Shown: piece after piece, positions 39,367 through 52,420 of the stretch | How positions within the stretch are numbered: position 1 is the first letter of the stretch | Layout: each line of letters begins with the position of its first letter | NCBI GenBank assembly: GCA_964016885.1 | Contig: OZ024743.1 | Span: 193,378,001 to 193,442,000 of the forward strand | Reading direction: 5' to 3' | DNA: 64,000 nt | Origin: Eledone cirrhosa | Taxonomy: Eukaryota | Notes under the pieces: model-generated | Seen by the model: the letters and a program-made list of their open reading frames with translations, nothing else | Told to the model about the DNA's origin: nothing | The model's database searches: none | Program-made: the position numbers and the translations under genes

Positions 39367-42300
39367 TCATCATCATCATCATCATCACCGTTTTACGTCA
39401 GTTCTTCCACGCTAGCATGGGTTAGACGGGTTGTCCTGTGTGGGCAGTGTCTGGTCGGCTGACCATGCCTTGCTCATACAGGAACTGATTTGGCTTGATT
39501 TCTACAACTGGATGCCCTTCCTAACACCAACCTCATTTACAGTGAGTGCTGGGTGCTTTTTCGTGGTACCTACACGTCCACTTTACAGTGTGGGCTGGGT
39601 GCTTTTTTGCCGTGGCACCTCCACGACCACCTTGCAGTGGGAGGTTGTGGGGGCATATTGTCTATATGCTTCAGCTTGTACCCATGGGAGGTCGGATACT
39701 CTATATTACTGCGTGACGCCAGAGGTCACGGTCGTGTGTCATCGCCTTTGAGAGGTGTAATTGGGTAAGGTCGGCTTTTATCACCTGATCCCAGGTCATC
39801 TTGGGTCTCCCCACTCCGCAGTTTCCATCGACTTCTAGTGTTCTGCACCTTTTTATGCAGCTGTCATCCTTCATACGCATCACATGTCCATACCAACGCA
39901 TCCACCTCTCCTGCACACAGCATTTGATTCCTCTTATGCTCAGTCTCTCTCTCAATTCATTTATGCTTTGTCGTTCGTGTATATTACTATTACACATCCA
40001 TCGGAGCATGCAGGCTTCGTTTCTCTCTAATCTACGTAAGTCTTCCACCTTCAGCGCCCAGGTCTCACTACCATGTAACATTGCTGTTCGGATACACGCA
40101 TCATACAGTCTGCCTTTCATTTTGAGGGAGAAGCCTTTTGCAGCTAGCAGTGGTAGTAGTTCCCTGAACTTCTTCCATCCCGTTCTTACCCTAGTTATTG
40201 TACTTTCTGAACACCCACCTACGCTGCTAATTCGGTCACCTAGGTAGCAGAAGCTGTCTACTGTCTCTACAGAGCCCTCCCAGAGATTGGTGGTACTTGT
40301 TTCCTGTGGCTGTTTGCTGCTTGCTGTCCCAGTACAGCTGCTGCATGTGAAGCCTACATTCTTAATTAAGCTTCCTGAGATCCCGCTACATCTCTTGTGT
40401 ACCCATTGTTTGCATTTGGGGCAGAGAATGAAGTTCCTACCTACACCTTTCCTACATACTGAGCAAGGCCATTTCCCTGAGGGGATCTGGGTTCTGTTTT
40501 CTCGTCTACTTACAAGGACCTTAGTCTTTGTCATGTTGACTTTGAGACCCTTTCTTTCTAGTCCCTGCTTCCAAGTTTGGAATTTCTTCTCTAATTCTAC
40601 CATAGATTCAGCTATAAGTGCGAGGTCATCAGCATACAGGAGTTCCCATGGGCATCCAGTCTTAAACTCCTCCGTTATTGCCTGCAGGACTATGATGAAC
40701 AGGAGAGGGCTAAGAACAGAGCCCTGGTGGACCCCAACCTGTATGCTAAATTCCTTGCTATACTCATTGCTAATCCTAACTTTGCTGACTGCTCCCCTAT
40801 ACATGGCTTGTACAGCTTTCACAAGCCATTCATCTACTCCTAGTTTTCTAAGAGCCCACCAAATTACAGCATGTGGAACTCTGTCAAAGGCTTTCTCGAG
40901 ATCGACGAATGCCAGGTAGAGTGGCTTACTTTTAGCTAGGTACTTTTCCTGTAACTGCCTCACAAGGAAGAAGGCATCAGTGGTGCCTCTTCCTGGTACA
41001 AACCCAAATTGCATCTCATCTAGTTTCACCCGGTCCCTAATCAACTGTGCTATAACTCTTTCTGTTACTTTCATGACCTGGTCCATCAGCTTTATACCTC
41101 TATAGTTTCCTCTATCTAGTGCATCACCTTTACCTTTGTAGCAGTTGACAAGGATGCTACTACACCAATCTTTTGGTATGACACCTTCTAGTATTACCTG
41201 GTTAACAATACGTGTGGTTATAGTGTGACCTACAGACCCAGATGCCTTCAGCATCTCGGCAGCTATACCCGATGGACCGGTTACCTTCCCCATCTTCATA
41301 TCTTTGATTGCCTTACATACTACGCTGCTGCTCACTTGTACTGCTGGCCCCTCTATAGGGTCTCTTCTTCCCATGCATTCTCCTCATTTAGTACTCGATC
41401 ATAATGGCTCTTCCATGCATCTTTCTTCTCAGTACTTGTGAGGGCAAGCTCACCTTTATCATTCCGGATACACTTCTCTCCAATGACATCACAATACTCT
41501 CTGACACACTGCCTTGCAATCTTGAACACCTCCTGTTTCTGGTCCTCACGTTGCAAAACATGCTTGAATTTTCTATCCTCTGCTTCCCTCCTAGCTAAGT
41601 ATACTTGTCGCCTAGCTTCCCTCTTGGTCTCTATGTAATGTATCCTGCTGCCCCCGTTCTTCCATTCTTTCCATGTCTGTCTCTTGGCCTTAACTGCCTC
41701 ATCTACCTTATTGTTCCATCACCAAATCACTCTCCTTCTGCTTGTGGTCTTACTCCAGCCACAGACCTCATCTGTCGCCTCTAGTAGGTTATTTTTTAGG
41801 AACTCCCAGTGCTCTTCTACATTGAATGTCTCTATCTGTTCTTCTTTACTGTCGTAGGCGTCGAGTAAAATATCTTTAAATCTGTTACTGGCTGAGGGGT
41901 CTTTCAGCTTCCACATCTTTATTCTCCAGGTTGGCCTCTGTTTCCAGGTTTGTCTAGTTCTGACTGTGAGGTCGCTGACAACTAAGCTATGTTGGGAGGT
42001 ACATTCCTCACTAGGGAACGCTTTTGTGTTTACAACCGTCCTTCTGTCACGTCCTCTGATGAGGATAAAATCTATATGACTAGAATGCTCCCCTGGTCTA
42101 TAGGTGATCAGGTGGTTGTCGGGTTTTTTGAAGTTTGTGTTACATATCGACATGTCATTGGCGTCGCAGAATTATAGAAGTCTGAATCCTTCTTCATTTC
42201 TTGTGCCAACCCCGTGGCCTCCATGGACTCTATTGAAGCCGTCACAGTGTTTACCTATGTGTCCGTTAAAATCTCCTGCGATGATTAGGAAGTCATTGTC

Positions 42301-43524
42301 GTTTGTTAGAGCAGTAGTGTGCATTAGGGACTCGTAAAATCTATCCTTAAGTTCGTCTGGCAACCCCGATTGGGGTGCGTAAGCTGATATTATTGTGGTA
42401 ATTGTTTTATTCAGGACTAGTCTGAGTTTAATGATTCTTGCATTTACCCTGTACACTGAGATTACTTTATCTACCCACTTGTCAGCTAGTAGTATACCTA
42501 CACCACCCATCCCATCGTCATTTCCCACCCAGAAAAATTTGTAGCACCGACTTTTTCCTACAAGGACTCTAGCAGACTCTCCTCTCCATCTAGTCTCTTG
42601 CACACAGCATGCATCAATTTCCTTTCGCTCGAGCATCTCTACGATTTCTCCTGCTCTTCCTTTCATCGTGCTTACATTGATGGTACCAACTTGGAGTTTT
42701 GGGCATTTGTCGACACTCGTACTGATGGGTCGATTTTTGCAGGGGTGTGTGTGTGCTTCCTCTCTCTGGATTGGTGCTTCACATGGGTGCTTGGTAGCTC
42801 GCGGATTCATATTCATTTCATCTATTAATTCAGAGTTGCTCCAAATTATTCTCAGCTCATCCATCCATACCGGTAGGAAAAATTCAGGGCTAGAACAGTG
42901 GTGGTGGTAATAATGGCAGGGTGTGTTGGGCTGGGACGGGGGAGGAGAGAGTTAGGTAGTAATAGTAGAAGAAATGGTATGCTGAGGTTTGATTGGTTGA
43001 ATAGACTATGGTGGTGTGAGGGAAATTGTGGGGTAGAGAGAGGTTCGCCGTCAAGGCTAACAAACTAACTGATAGAAGACAGCATGGCAAAGTAGCCGAT
43101 AGAATACAGCAACAATAATATTAATAATAGCCAGTCATGGCCTGTAGCCTTAGATGGAAAAATAGTCAGAGACAGAGTCAGCATGGTAAGGAAAGAATGA
43201 GGATAACAAAATAGATGTGTTGTGGTGGCTGAAATACCTGGCCAGATTTGTATGGATGGATGACTGGAACGTAGCTAAATCAACTCTAGTGATTCATTTT
43301 AGCCTTTCAGAGTAGAGTGTCTTATCTCTTCAATAACTTTAAGATGAGTGAGGAGGAACGGGTGAAGAGGGAACGAGAGGTAATAGGTGGCTTAGAGATG
43401 GATAGAGAGAGAGAGAGAGATAGAGAGAGGGTAGCCATCATAGAGAGAGAGATAGAGAGAGGGTAGCCATCATAGAGAGAGGGTCGCCGTCAAGGCTAAC
43501 AAACTAACTGATAGAATACAGATT
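39367..43524 (-). mobile_element. Near full-length RTE-clade LINE (APE+RT), inactivated
   Basis: APE motifs GTINV, VQETRW, SAYAPQ, AGDFNGH; RT YADD; stops at ~42172 and ~41719; TSD attat(c/t)tattca at 39355-39366 and 43525-43536; (GAT)n tail. Confidence 0.96.
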
Positions 43525-44000
43525 ATTATTTATTCAAATTGTGTAAAGATAGATGAAATATTAATAACTAGATAGGGATTTATATAATATATGGCAATAT
43601 ATAATGAAGTAATTAGTGTTATGGGCACTGTTGCCAGCTATCTAATTAGTGTTATATTTATTTAGTAGTAAGGAAAGTACTTTAGGAGGGAGAGCATAGT
43701 AGGGCGTATGAAGTGTTTCTTTATTCTCTATATGGTTATTAAGAAATATATGATTTGTATTAGATATGAGATATAAGAAGGAGTTTATTAATATGTAAAT
43801 GTTATGGTAATACTGTGATAATTAAGTAATAGAAAAGGATATCAGATAGAATATAAGGTGGTAGGGTTTATAAAAGTTTACGGGGGTAGTTATATAATTA
43901 CAAAAAACAAATGAATTAAACTTAAGGTAGTTGTAATATGGGAATAGATCTGACATTGTTATATATTAGCTATTGGGTTTGAAATAGTGGAAAGAATATC

Positions 44001-44350
44001 AGTGATAATGTGGACTCGTGGAGGAAATTTCTGATTTTCTATTTAGTAGGTTGATATTTGAATAAATAATAGTGCGAGATTCTAGGAGACAAAGGTTACA
44101 GAATTTGTTAGGTGGTTTATAAGAGAGGGCCTTAGCTAGCACTTCCCATTCTAGGGTATAAGGTATATTACTAGTTTTTAATGAGTGTATGTAGGTAGAT
44201 AGTGAAGTAGCGTTACTAAGTTTAGGGTTTCTAAACGAGTGAAGGTGAGAGTTATATCTGGTCTTAAAGCTATTTCAGGTTGAACCTATATAAACTTTCG
44301 AAATTTTATCTTTTGTATCTCTGCTCTATAATACACATGATAATTTACAT
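44001..44350 (-). pseudogene. Penelope-like element GIY-YIG endonuclease C-terminus
   Basis: KVYIGST*NSFKTRYNSHLHSFRNP...TSLSTYIH...WEVLAKALSY...FCNLCLLESRTII...LLNRKSEISSTSPH. Confidence 0.88.
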
Positions 44351-44434
44351 TGAGCTTTTTCTCTTACTGGTAATTGGGTAGTGCTTAATACTACCCTTTC
44401 ATATTTATAATTATATATAACTCATATGATGATG

Positions 44435-46510
44435 ATCATCATCACCATTTTACGACCATTCTTCCACGCTAGCCTGGGTTAGACGAGTTGTCCTGTTGTG
44501 GGCAGTGCCCAGTCAGCTGACCATGTCTTGCTTATACAGGAACTGATTCTGGCTGGGTGCTGGGTGCTTCTTTTCCGTGGCGCCTACACTTCCACTTTAC
44601 AGTGTAGGCTGGGTGCTATTTTGCCATGGCATCTCCACGATCACTTTGCAGTGGGAGGGTGTGGGGGCATTCATCTACTCCGAGTTTTCTAAAAGCCCAC
44701 CAGATTATAGCACGGGGGACTCTGTCAAAGGCTTTCTCGAGATCGAAGAATGCCAGGTAGAGTGGCTTACTTTTAGCTAAGTACTTTTCCTGTAACTACC
44801 TCACAAGGAAGAGGACATCAGTGGTGCCTTTTCCTGGCACAAACCCAAATTGCATCTCATCTAGTTTCACCTGGTCCCTAATCAACTCTGCTATAACTCT
44901 TTCTGTTACTTTCATGACCTGGTCCATCCGCTTTATACCTCTATAGTTTCCTCTATCTAGTCCATCACATTTACCCTTCTAGCAGTTGACATTGATGCTG
45001 CTGCACCAATCCTTTGGTATGACACCCTCTAGTATTACCTGGTTAACAATACGTGTGGTTATGGTGTGACCTACAGACCCAGATGCCTTCAGCATCTCGG
45101 CAGCTATAGCCGATGGACCGGTTGCCTTCCCCATTTTCATATCTTTGATTGCCTTACTTACTATGCTGCTGCTGACTTGTATTGCTGGCCCCTCTATAGG
45201 GTCTACTTGGGGTAGGGTTCTTTTTCCCATGCATTCTCCTCATTTAGTAATCTTTCATAATGGCTCTTCCTCGCATCTTTCCTCTCAGCACTTGTGAGGG
45301 CAAGCTCATCTTTATCATTCCGGATACACTTGTCTCCAATGACATCACAATTCTCTCTGACACACTGCCCCGCAATCTTGAACACCTCCTGTTTCTGGTC
45401 CTCACGTTGCAAAACATGCTTGAATTTTCCATCCTCCGCTTCCCTTCTAGCTATGTATACTTGTCGCCTAGCTTCCCTCCTGGTCTCTATGTAATGTACC
45501 CTGCTTCCCCCGTTCTTCCATTCTTTCCATGCCTTTCTCTTAGCCTTAACTGCCTCATCTACCTTATTGTTCCATCACCAAATCATTCTCCTCCTGTCTG
45601 TGGTCTTGCTCCAACCACAGATCTCGTCTGTTGCCTTTAGTAAGTTATATTTAAGGAACTCCCAGTGCTCTTTTACATTGAATGTCTCTATCTGTTCTTC
45701 TTTACTGTCATAGGTGTTGAGTAAAATATCTTTAAATCTGTTACTGGCTGAGGGGTATTTCAGCTTCCAGATCTTTCTTCTCCAGGTTGGCCTCTGTTTC
45801 CAAGTTCGTCTAGTTCTGACTGTGAGGTCGCTGACAACTAAGTTATGTTGGGAGGTACATTCCTCACTAGGGAAGGCTTTTGTGTTTACGACGATCCATC
45901 TGTCACGTCCTCCGATGAGAATAAAATCAATCTAGAATGCTACCCTGATCTATAGCTGATCAGATGGTTGTCGGGTTTTATATCGATATGTCATTGGCGT
46001 CGCAGAATTCTAGAAGCCTGAAGCCTTCTTCATTTCTTGTGCCAAACTCGTGGCCTCCATGGACTCTATAGAAACTGTCACGGTGTTTACCTACATGTCC
46101 GTTAAAATCTCCTGCAATGATTAGGAAGTCATTGTCATTTGTTATGCCAGTAATGTGCATTAGGGACTCGTAAAATCTATCCTTAAGTTCGTCTGGCAAC
46201 CCCGATTGGTGTGTGCTGATATTATTGTGGCAATTATTTTATTCAGGACTAGTCTGAGTTTAATGATTCTTGTGTTCACCCTGTTCACTGAGATTACCTT
46301 ATCTGCCTATTTCTCAGCTAATAGTATACCTACACCACCCATCCCATTGTCATTTCCCACCCAGAAAAATGTGTAGCACTGACTTTTGCCTACAAGGACT
46401 CTAGCAGACTCTCCTCTCCATCTAGTCTCTTGCACACAGCATGCATCAATTTCCTTTCGCTCTAGCATCTCTATGATTTCTCCTGCTCTTCCTTCCATTG
46501 TGTTTACATT
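44435..46510 (-). mobile_element. RTE LINE copy with the RT core deleted and a 5' truncation
   Basis: Colinear with ~40835-42680; joined at ~44672 directly to the 3' UTR; multiple stops. Confidence 0.92.
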
Positions 46511-46578
46511 GTGCTTACATATATAAGTGTAAATAATATTATTAGCATATATATATACACACATATATATATACATAT

Positions 46579-46616
<38 letters not shown>

Positions 46617-46647
46617 ACACAGACACACACAGACACACACACACACG

Positions 46648-46694
<47 letters not shown>

Positions 46695-46699
<5 letters not shown>

Positions 46700-47232
46700 T
46701 TAGTTAAGCAAAACAAGACCACAGATTTCACAAGGAAGACATTATTAAAAGATTGTCAACATATTTTAGTTTGATGTAAGGAATGTACAGAATAATAATA
46801 ATAATGTCCGTTTACAATTGTTTCGCTACTCCATATAATATTTCTAGATCAAATGATTATATATCATTATTGATATGATTCAGTTGAAAATAATTAACGA
46901 AGGTAGAAATAGAGCAGCTCATCGGAACATCAAAAGGAATATAAATTAAAATAAGGAAAGTATGTTACATAAATGTAATGTTCCACATGTTGGTATTTCA
47001 CTATGGTGATATCTTGGCTAGGGCCCAACCGTTCAATGGACGAAGAAAATCTTGTGAACTCTGTCTTACCGAAGTATATTACATAACTCTATCATGACCT
47101 CTACCGATTAATGATAGAAAGGAGGTAACTATTAGCTGTCAACATCGAAGGGCTAATTCCTTATGTTGACAATCTTTTAATAATGTCTTCCTTGTGAAAT
47201 CTGTGGTCTTGTTTTGGTTAACTAATGAATAT
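46695..47232 (+). mobile_element. Penelope-like 3' fragment with inverted terminal copy
   Basis: 47005-47169 GDILARAQPFNGRRKSCELCLTEVYYI..*..INDRKEVTISCQH; 46695-46762 is the reverse complement of 47163-47230. Confidence 0.8.
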
Positions 47233-47599
47233 TTCCAGCTCTGTGCACCTAACCTCTGCATGAATCCAGCCACCTAGCTGCATTCCACTGCATATTGCAC
47301 ATTGAGCACATGCCTTTACGCTTTGGCTTCTAACTAATTCACCAATCTCTCCTCTCCTATCTCCATCTCTCTCTTTAAGATTGGTTACTTTTGAACTGTG
47401 TATATATATATATATATATATCATCATCATCATCATCATTTCATTTTACGTCCGCTTTTCCCTGCTTGCAAGGGTGGGACGGGAACTGATTCTGGCTTGA
47501 TTTCTACAGCTGGATGCCCTTCCTAACACCAACCTCATTTACAGTGAGTGCTGGGTGCTTTTTTGCCGTGGCACCTACACGACCACTTTGCAGTGGAAT

Positions 47600-47764
47600 G
47601 ATAGGGACCTCAGTCCCTATCATCTCATTTCTACAGCTGAGTAAACTGGAGCAATTTGAAATAAAGTGTCTTGCTCAAGGAAACAACACACCACCCGGTC
47701 TGAGAATTGAACTCACAACCTTTCGATTGCAAGGCCAATGCTCTAACCACTAAGCCATGTGCCT

Positions 47765-47766
<2 letters not shown>
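47600..47766 (-). mobile_element. tRNA/CORE-type SINE (second family)
   Basis: ggcttagtggttagagc A box; tttccttgagcaagacact core; sister copy at 49279-49430 (+). Confidence 0.8.
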
Positions 47767-47810
<44 letters not shown>

Positions 47811-47901
47811 CGAAGGAAATGTGGTAAGGAACCAAGTGGACCATAATACACCAAAGTACTCAATACTTAGAGTAGTAGAGTGGGTAATAGGAACGAGTAG
47901 G

Positions 47902-47997
47902 ACCCCGACGGCTGAGCTCAAGCTGTTTCGACGGCTAATTCTGGACTAAATGAAAATTTTTATCCTGGTATATGAATAGCCGAGCTTCTCAGGGGGT
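47902..47997 (-). ncRNA. Hammerhead motif, left-arm copy
   Basis: ACCCC-CUGAGAA-G..CGGCUA...UAGCCG.C-GAAA-CAGC uugagcuca GCCG-UC^GGGGU. Confidence 0.6.
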
Positions 47998-49105
47998 AAT
48001 TCCATATATGGTAAAAGTGATTGTTACAAGGATTGGTCAAAAATTTGTTGTTGTGACACATAATTCTATCATGGCAATTTGTGGAAGGAAGGGGTAGCTA
48101 AACCTGCCAGTAGAAGAAAGAGGGCGAGGGGGTGGAGGAAACCCAGTCATGCATTGATAGTACCAACTACAGCAGGGCAAGAGGTCAAGCAAGTATACTA
48201 GGGAAGGGGAGGGGGAGGAAGTCGAAACAATAAGTAAAACAATATGGGGTAAATATATAGAAGAATACCGAGAATGTTAAAAGTATAAAAAAAACAATTT
48301 CTGGTTACTATTCCCTAACGACAGTTATCAAGTCTCTCACTGGTACTGCTAAACTATAGAAAAGTTTACTAGGTGGGACGGGATTATAATGAGACCATTT
48401 TAAGAGTTAGTAGTAATCAACCGAGTATATCTTACGGTGACAGGTCAACAAGTGGGGGGCCAAAATACTAAAGAAACTACCACAAAATAATAATTCAGAG
48501 TCCCGAGACTAATACGAAATAATTTATTTCGTATTAGTTTATTTTTTGCACTGGGTGGTTGCTGGCCTTGTGCCTAGGGTAGAAACAATTATTTCATATT
48601 AGTCTCGGGACTCTGAATTATTATTTCGTGGTAGTTTCTTTAGTATTTTGGCCCCCCACTTGTTGATCTGTCACCGTAAGATATACTCGGTTGATTACTA
48701 CTAACTCTTAAAATGGTCTCATTATAATTCCGTCCCACCTAGTAAACTTTTCTATAGTTTAGCAGTACCAGTGAGAGACTTGATGACTGTCGTTAGGGAA
48801 TAGTAACCAGAAATTGTTTTTTTTTATACTTTTAACATTCTCGGTATTCTATATATTTACCCCATATTGTTTTACTTATTGTTTCGACTTCCTCCCCCTC
48901 CATAGTATACTTGCTTGACCTCCTGCCCTGCTGTAGTTGGCACTATCAACGCACGACTGGGTTTCCTCCACCTCCTCTCCCTCTTTCTTCTACTGGCAGG
49001 TTCAGCTACCCCTTCCTTCCACAAATTGCCATGATAGAATTATGTGTCTCAACAACAAACTTTTGACCAATCCTTGTAACAATCACTTTTACCATATATG
49101 GAATT

Positions 49106-49201
49106 ACCTCCTGAGAAGCTCGGCTATTCATATACGAGGATAAAAATTTTCATTTAGTCCAGAATTAGCCGTCGAAACGGCTTGAGCTCAGCCGTCGGGG
49201 T
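49106..49201 (+). ncRNA. Hammerhead motif, right-arm copy (sense to ARMC3)
   Basis: ACCUC-CUGAGAA-G..CGGCUA...UAGCCG.C-GAAA-CGGC uugagcuca GCCG-UC^GGGGU; predicted cut after 49196. Confidence 0.65.
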
Positions 49202-49211
49202 CCTACTCGTT

Positions 49212-49265
<54 letters not shown>

Positions 49266-50499
49266 CATACATTTCCGTGAAGGCACATGGCTAGTGGTTA
49301 GAGCATTGGGCTTGCAATCGAAAGGTTGTGAGTCTAATTCTCGGACTGGGTAATGTGTTGTTTCCTTGAGCAAGACACTTTATTTCACATTGCTTTAGAA
49401 ATGAGATGAGATGATAGGACTGGGGTCCCTATACATACACATGACTATTTAATACCCGAACAATGCCGAGTACCTCTGCTAGTTTGTGATAAAATTCACT
49501 GTATTTGAATCAGTCAATGAAGAATTTGAAAGTATTTACTAAAATTATTTCAAATATCAATATTTATTTGTAATATAACAAAGGTTTTTATATAAAATAT
49601 GGAAGATTTTAATTTAAATAGGAGCCTTTTAAATGAATGTTTTTTTTAAAAAAAAAAACCAAAAGAGGTTTTGGGCAGGTTGGTATTGAAATGGTTAAGG
49701 TGATGAAATGACAGATGTATTAGAGTGTTGAATTAAATGCCTTGTAGTATTTGTTCTGACTTTGTGCTTTGAGTTCAAATCCTGCAAAAGACAACCTGGC
49801 CTCTTGTCCTTTTGTTGTCAGTAACTAAAGTACCATTCCATGTTGGTGGATTAATGGGATTGTTAGGGTGTTGAATGTGATGCTTATGGTTATCTCTTTC
49901 GGCCCTTTGTATATGCCCTAGAAATGCAGTATGTCAATATGGTGCCCCTACGATTCCCTCAGGAGTTATGAGTCCATACATACCATTCTGAGCCTAGCTG
50001 GTGCCAAGTTGTATCAGCTCTTGCTTTTCTTTTGGACAGTGTTGGTGGCATGGAGAGAGAAGACTTTCATATATAGTCAACTGCTGTTATTTTAAGAGAT
50101 TTCTTCTTCTTCTTTGCCCACTTATTCCTGAGAGGGTTGTGGGGAGCAGAGTCCTCAAACACTCCTTCTAGTGGGTCCTATCAGAAGCAACCATCTCCAA
50201 CTGATCTGGCTGGATCCCCAAGCAAGACCAGCCAAGCTCATGGATGTTATCCAACCATCTTGCTCTGGGTCTATGCCTGGATCTCTTGCCAGTTGATTTT
50301 GCCTGTAAAATCTGTAGAGTGATACTTTTCTGAGACATTCAGACTACATGCCCATAGTATTGGAGCTGTGATCTCTTAATTCAGAGAAGTAGTGACTCTA
50401 CCTGGAGTGACCCTTTGATCTCTGAGCTATGCACTCTATTGAATAATGTTACTCCAAAGAGACTTCGGAGGACCCCATTTCAGCCGCTTTTAAGAGACT

Positions 50500-51685
50500 G
50501 TTAGTGACAAAAGATTTCCCACTTATTTTGCAACGATACGATTTTTCTCCAGTGTATGTATTTTTCTGTCTTGTTAATTCACTATTATTAATGAAATATT
50601 TCCAACATTTCACAGTGATAGGGTTTTATCTGAAGTTTGTGTTCTCTTGTGAGCTACAAGATTAGGATTATCTAAGAAAGATTTTCTACATATTTCACAA
50701 TGGTAAGGTTTTTCTCCATTGTGTGATTGTGTGTTGTTAAATCACTGTTTTGCTGAATCACTATTGTCACAGGCTTTAACATATATTTCACAATGATAAG
50801 TTTTTTTCTTCTCTAGGATGTTTTTTTAAACCACTTTGTGTGTTGCTAAATCACTGTTTGACAAGAGCTTTAGCACATATTTCACAATTATATTGCATAT
50901 TTTTTCTCTAGGATGTTAAATTACTTTGTGTGTTAAATGACTTTATTTGATAAAAACTTTACCACATATTTCACAATAATAGAGTTTTTTTTCTCTCGTT
51001 TCACAAAAGCTTCATCACATATTTCACAATAAGTTTTTTTACTCTTGTTTGCTTTCTTTTGTGCGTTGTGCACTGGGGTTGAATTAATTGACTTTCCCTC
51101 CCTTAAAATTGTTGGCCTTGTGCCTAAATCAGAAACCTTTATTGTAAAAAGCTTTCCTTTATATTCCACATTGATAAGTTTTTTTCTCTCTAGGGTGTGT
51201 TTATTTGTGTGTTGCAAAAGCCACTATGTTTGTCAAAAGCTTGCCACAGATTTCACATTGATAAGGGTTTTTTTTTTCTCTAGGATGTGTTCTTTTTTGT
51301 ATTTCTAAACCACTCTGTTTGACAGAAGCTTTATCACAAATTTCACAATGATAAGATTTCTTTTTCTCTAAGCTGCTGTTATTGATAAAAATTTTGCCAC
51401 ATATTTCACAGTGGTAAAGATTTTTTCCAGTGTGTATTCTTTTATCAACATATTAGAATGATCAAACAATGATTTCCTACATATTTAACAAGAATGAGGT
51501 TTTTCTCCTGAGTGTATTCTTTTCTGAACTACATGTGTAGAATTTTCAGAGACTGACCTCCCACATATTTAACTGCAAAAATGTTTTTCTTCAGTTTTTC
51601 TACGTTTGTGTATAGTGAGACTAAAATTATGATCAAAGGATTTTCCACATATTTCACAATGATTAGGTTTTTTCTCCATTGTGAT
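50500..51685 (-). pseudogene. Decayed tandem C2H2 zinc-finger array
   Basis: Repeated - strand HTGEK-like linkers and tgtgaaatatgtgg (CEICG), broken by frameshifts and stops. Confidence 0.8.
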
Positions 51686-52057
51686 TAATTTATCTTCAAA
51701 ATAATATTTAGTTAAAGACTCAGCTCTAATGACAGGCTTTGGTGTTCAGGGGTGCCTCAGAATATTTTGGGTGGGGTGGGGTGGGGGTACTCTAATTCCC
51801 TAGGGATTATTTTGACCAGCTTCTTTGATTAACAATTGAAAAAAAAAAAAATTATTTTGTTCTTTGTTCTTGTTTTGAGAAAAAACAAAAGCCAAGTCAA
51901 GACTTCAAAGAACGTATTTCAGAATAATATTTTTATAAACTGTTTTCTAAACCTGAGGGTGTTCCATTGAAAAGTAGCAATGTTGTGCCATCAAGTACTT
52001 GCCTTTGGCAATAGGCCCCACAAAGACTAAATTTAAGATGTCTTATCAAGAGTAAAA

Positions 52058-52420
52058 TCATCATCATCATCATCATCGTTTAACGTCCATTTTCCATGCT
52101 AGCATGGGTCTGGACGGGAATTTTCCCACTTGAGGCAAGATTGGTTGTCTTGCTCAGGACTGTCTGGCGGGTTTTCTACGGCTGGATGCCCTTCCTAATA
52201 CCAACCACGTTTACAGTGTGGACTTGGAGGTTTTTACCGTGTTACCTACACAGCCACATTACAGCGTGGACTGTGTGTTTTTTTTGTCATGACATCTACA
52301 CGACCTCATTTGTTTCGGACTGGATGTTGTGGTACCAACATAACTTCACATTTAAGGGGGTGGTGTGGATGGGGTGGGGGTAGTGGGACGGGGGTGTATT
52401 TTGTTAGAGGTGCCTACTGA
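52058..52420 (-). mobile_element. RTE 3' UTR fragment with (GAT)n tail
   Basis: Colinear with 18575-18945; similar tails at 26400-26580 and 47420-47595. Confidence 0.88.

Larger units (their letters stand above)
47887..49216. mobile_element. 1.33-kb palindrome (~635-bp arms), probable inverted PLE terminal repeats
   Basis: 47887-48524 is the reverse complement of 48587-49216; 62-bp spacer; a hammerhead fold near each outer end. Confidence 0.9.

Noticed and set aside
27604-49698. Matching TTAA-type ends 22 kb apart suggesting a giant transposon
   Set aside because: Would enclose a conserved host exon; more likely separate remnants of an abundant family
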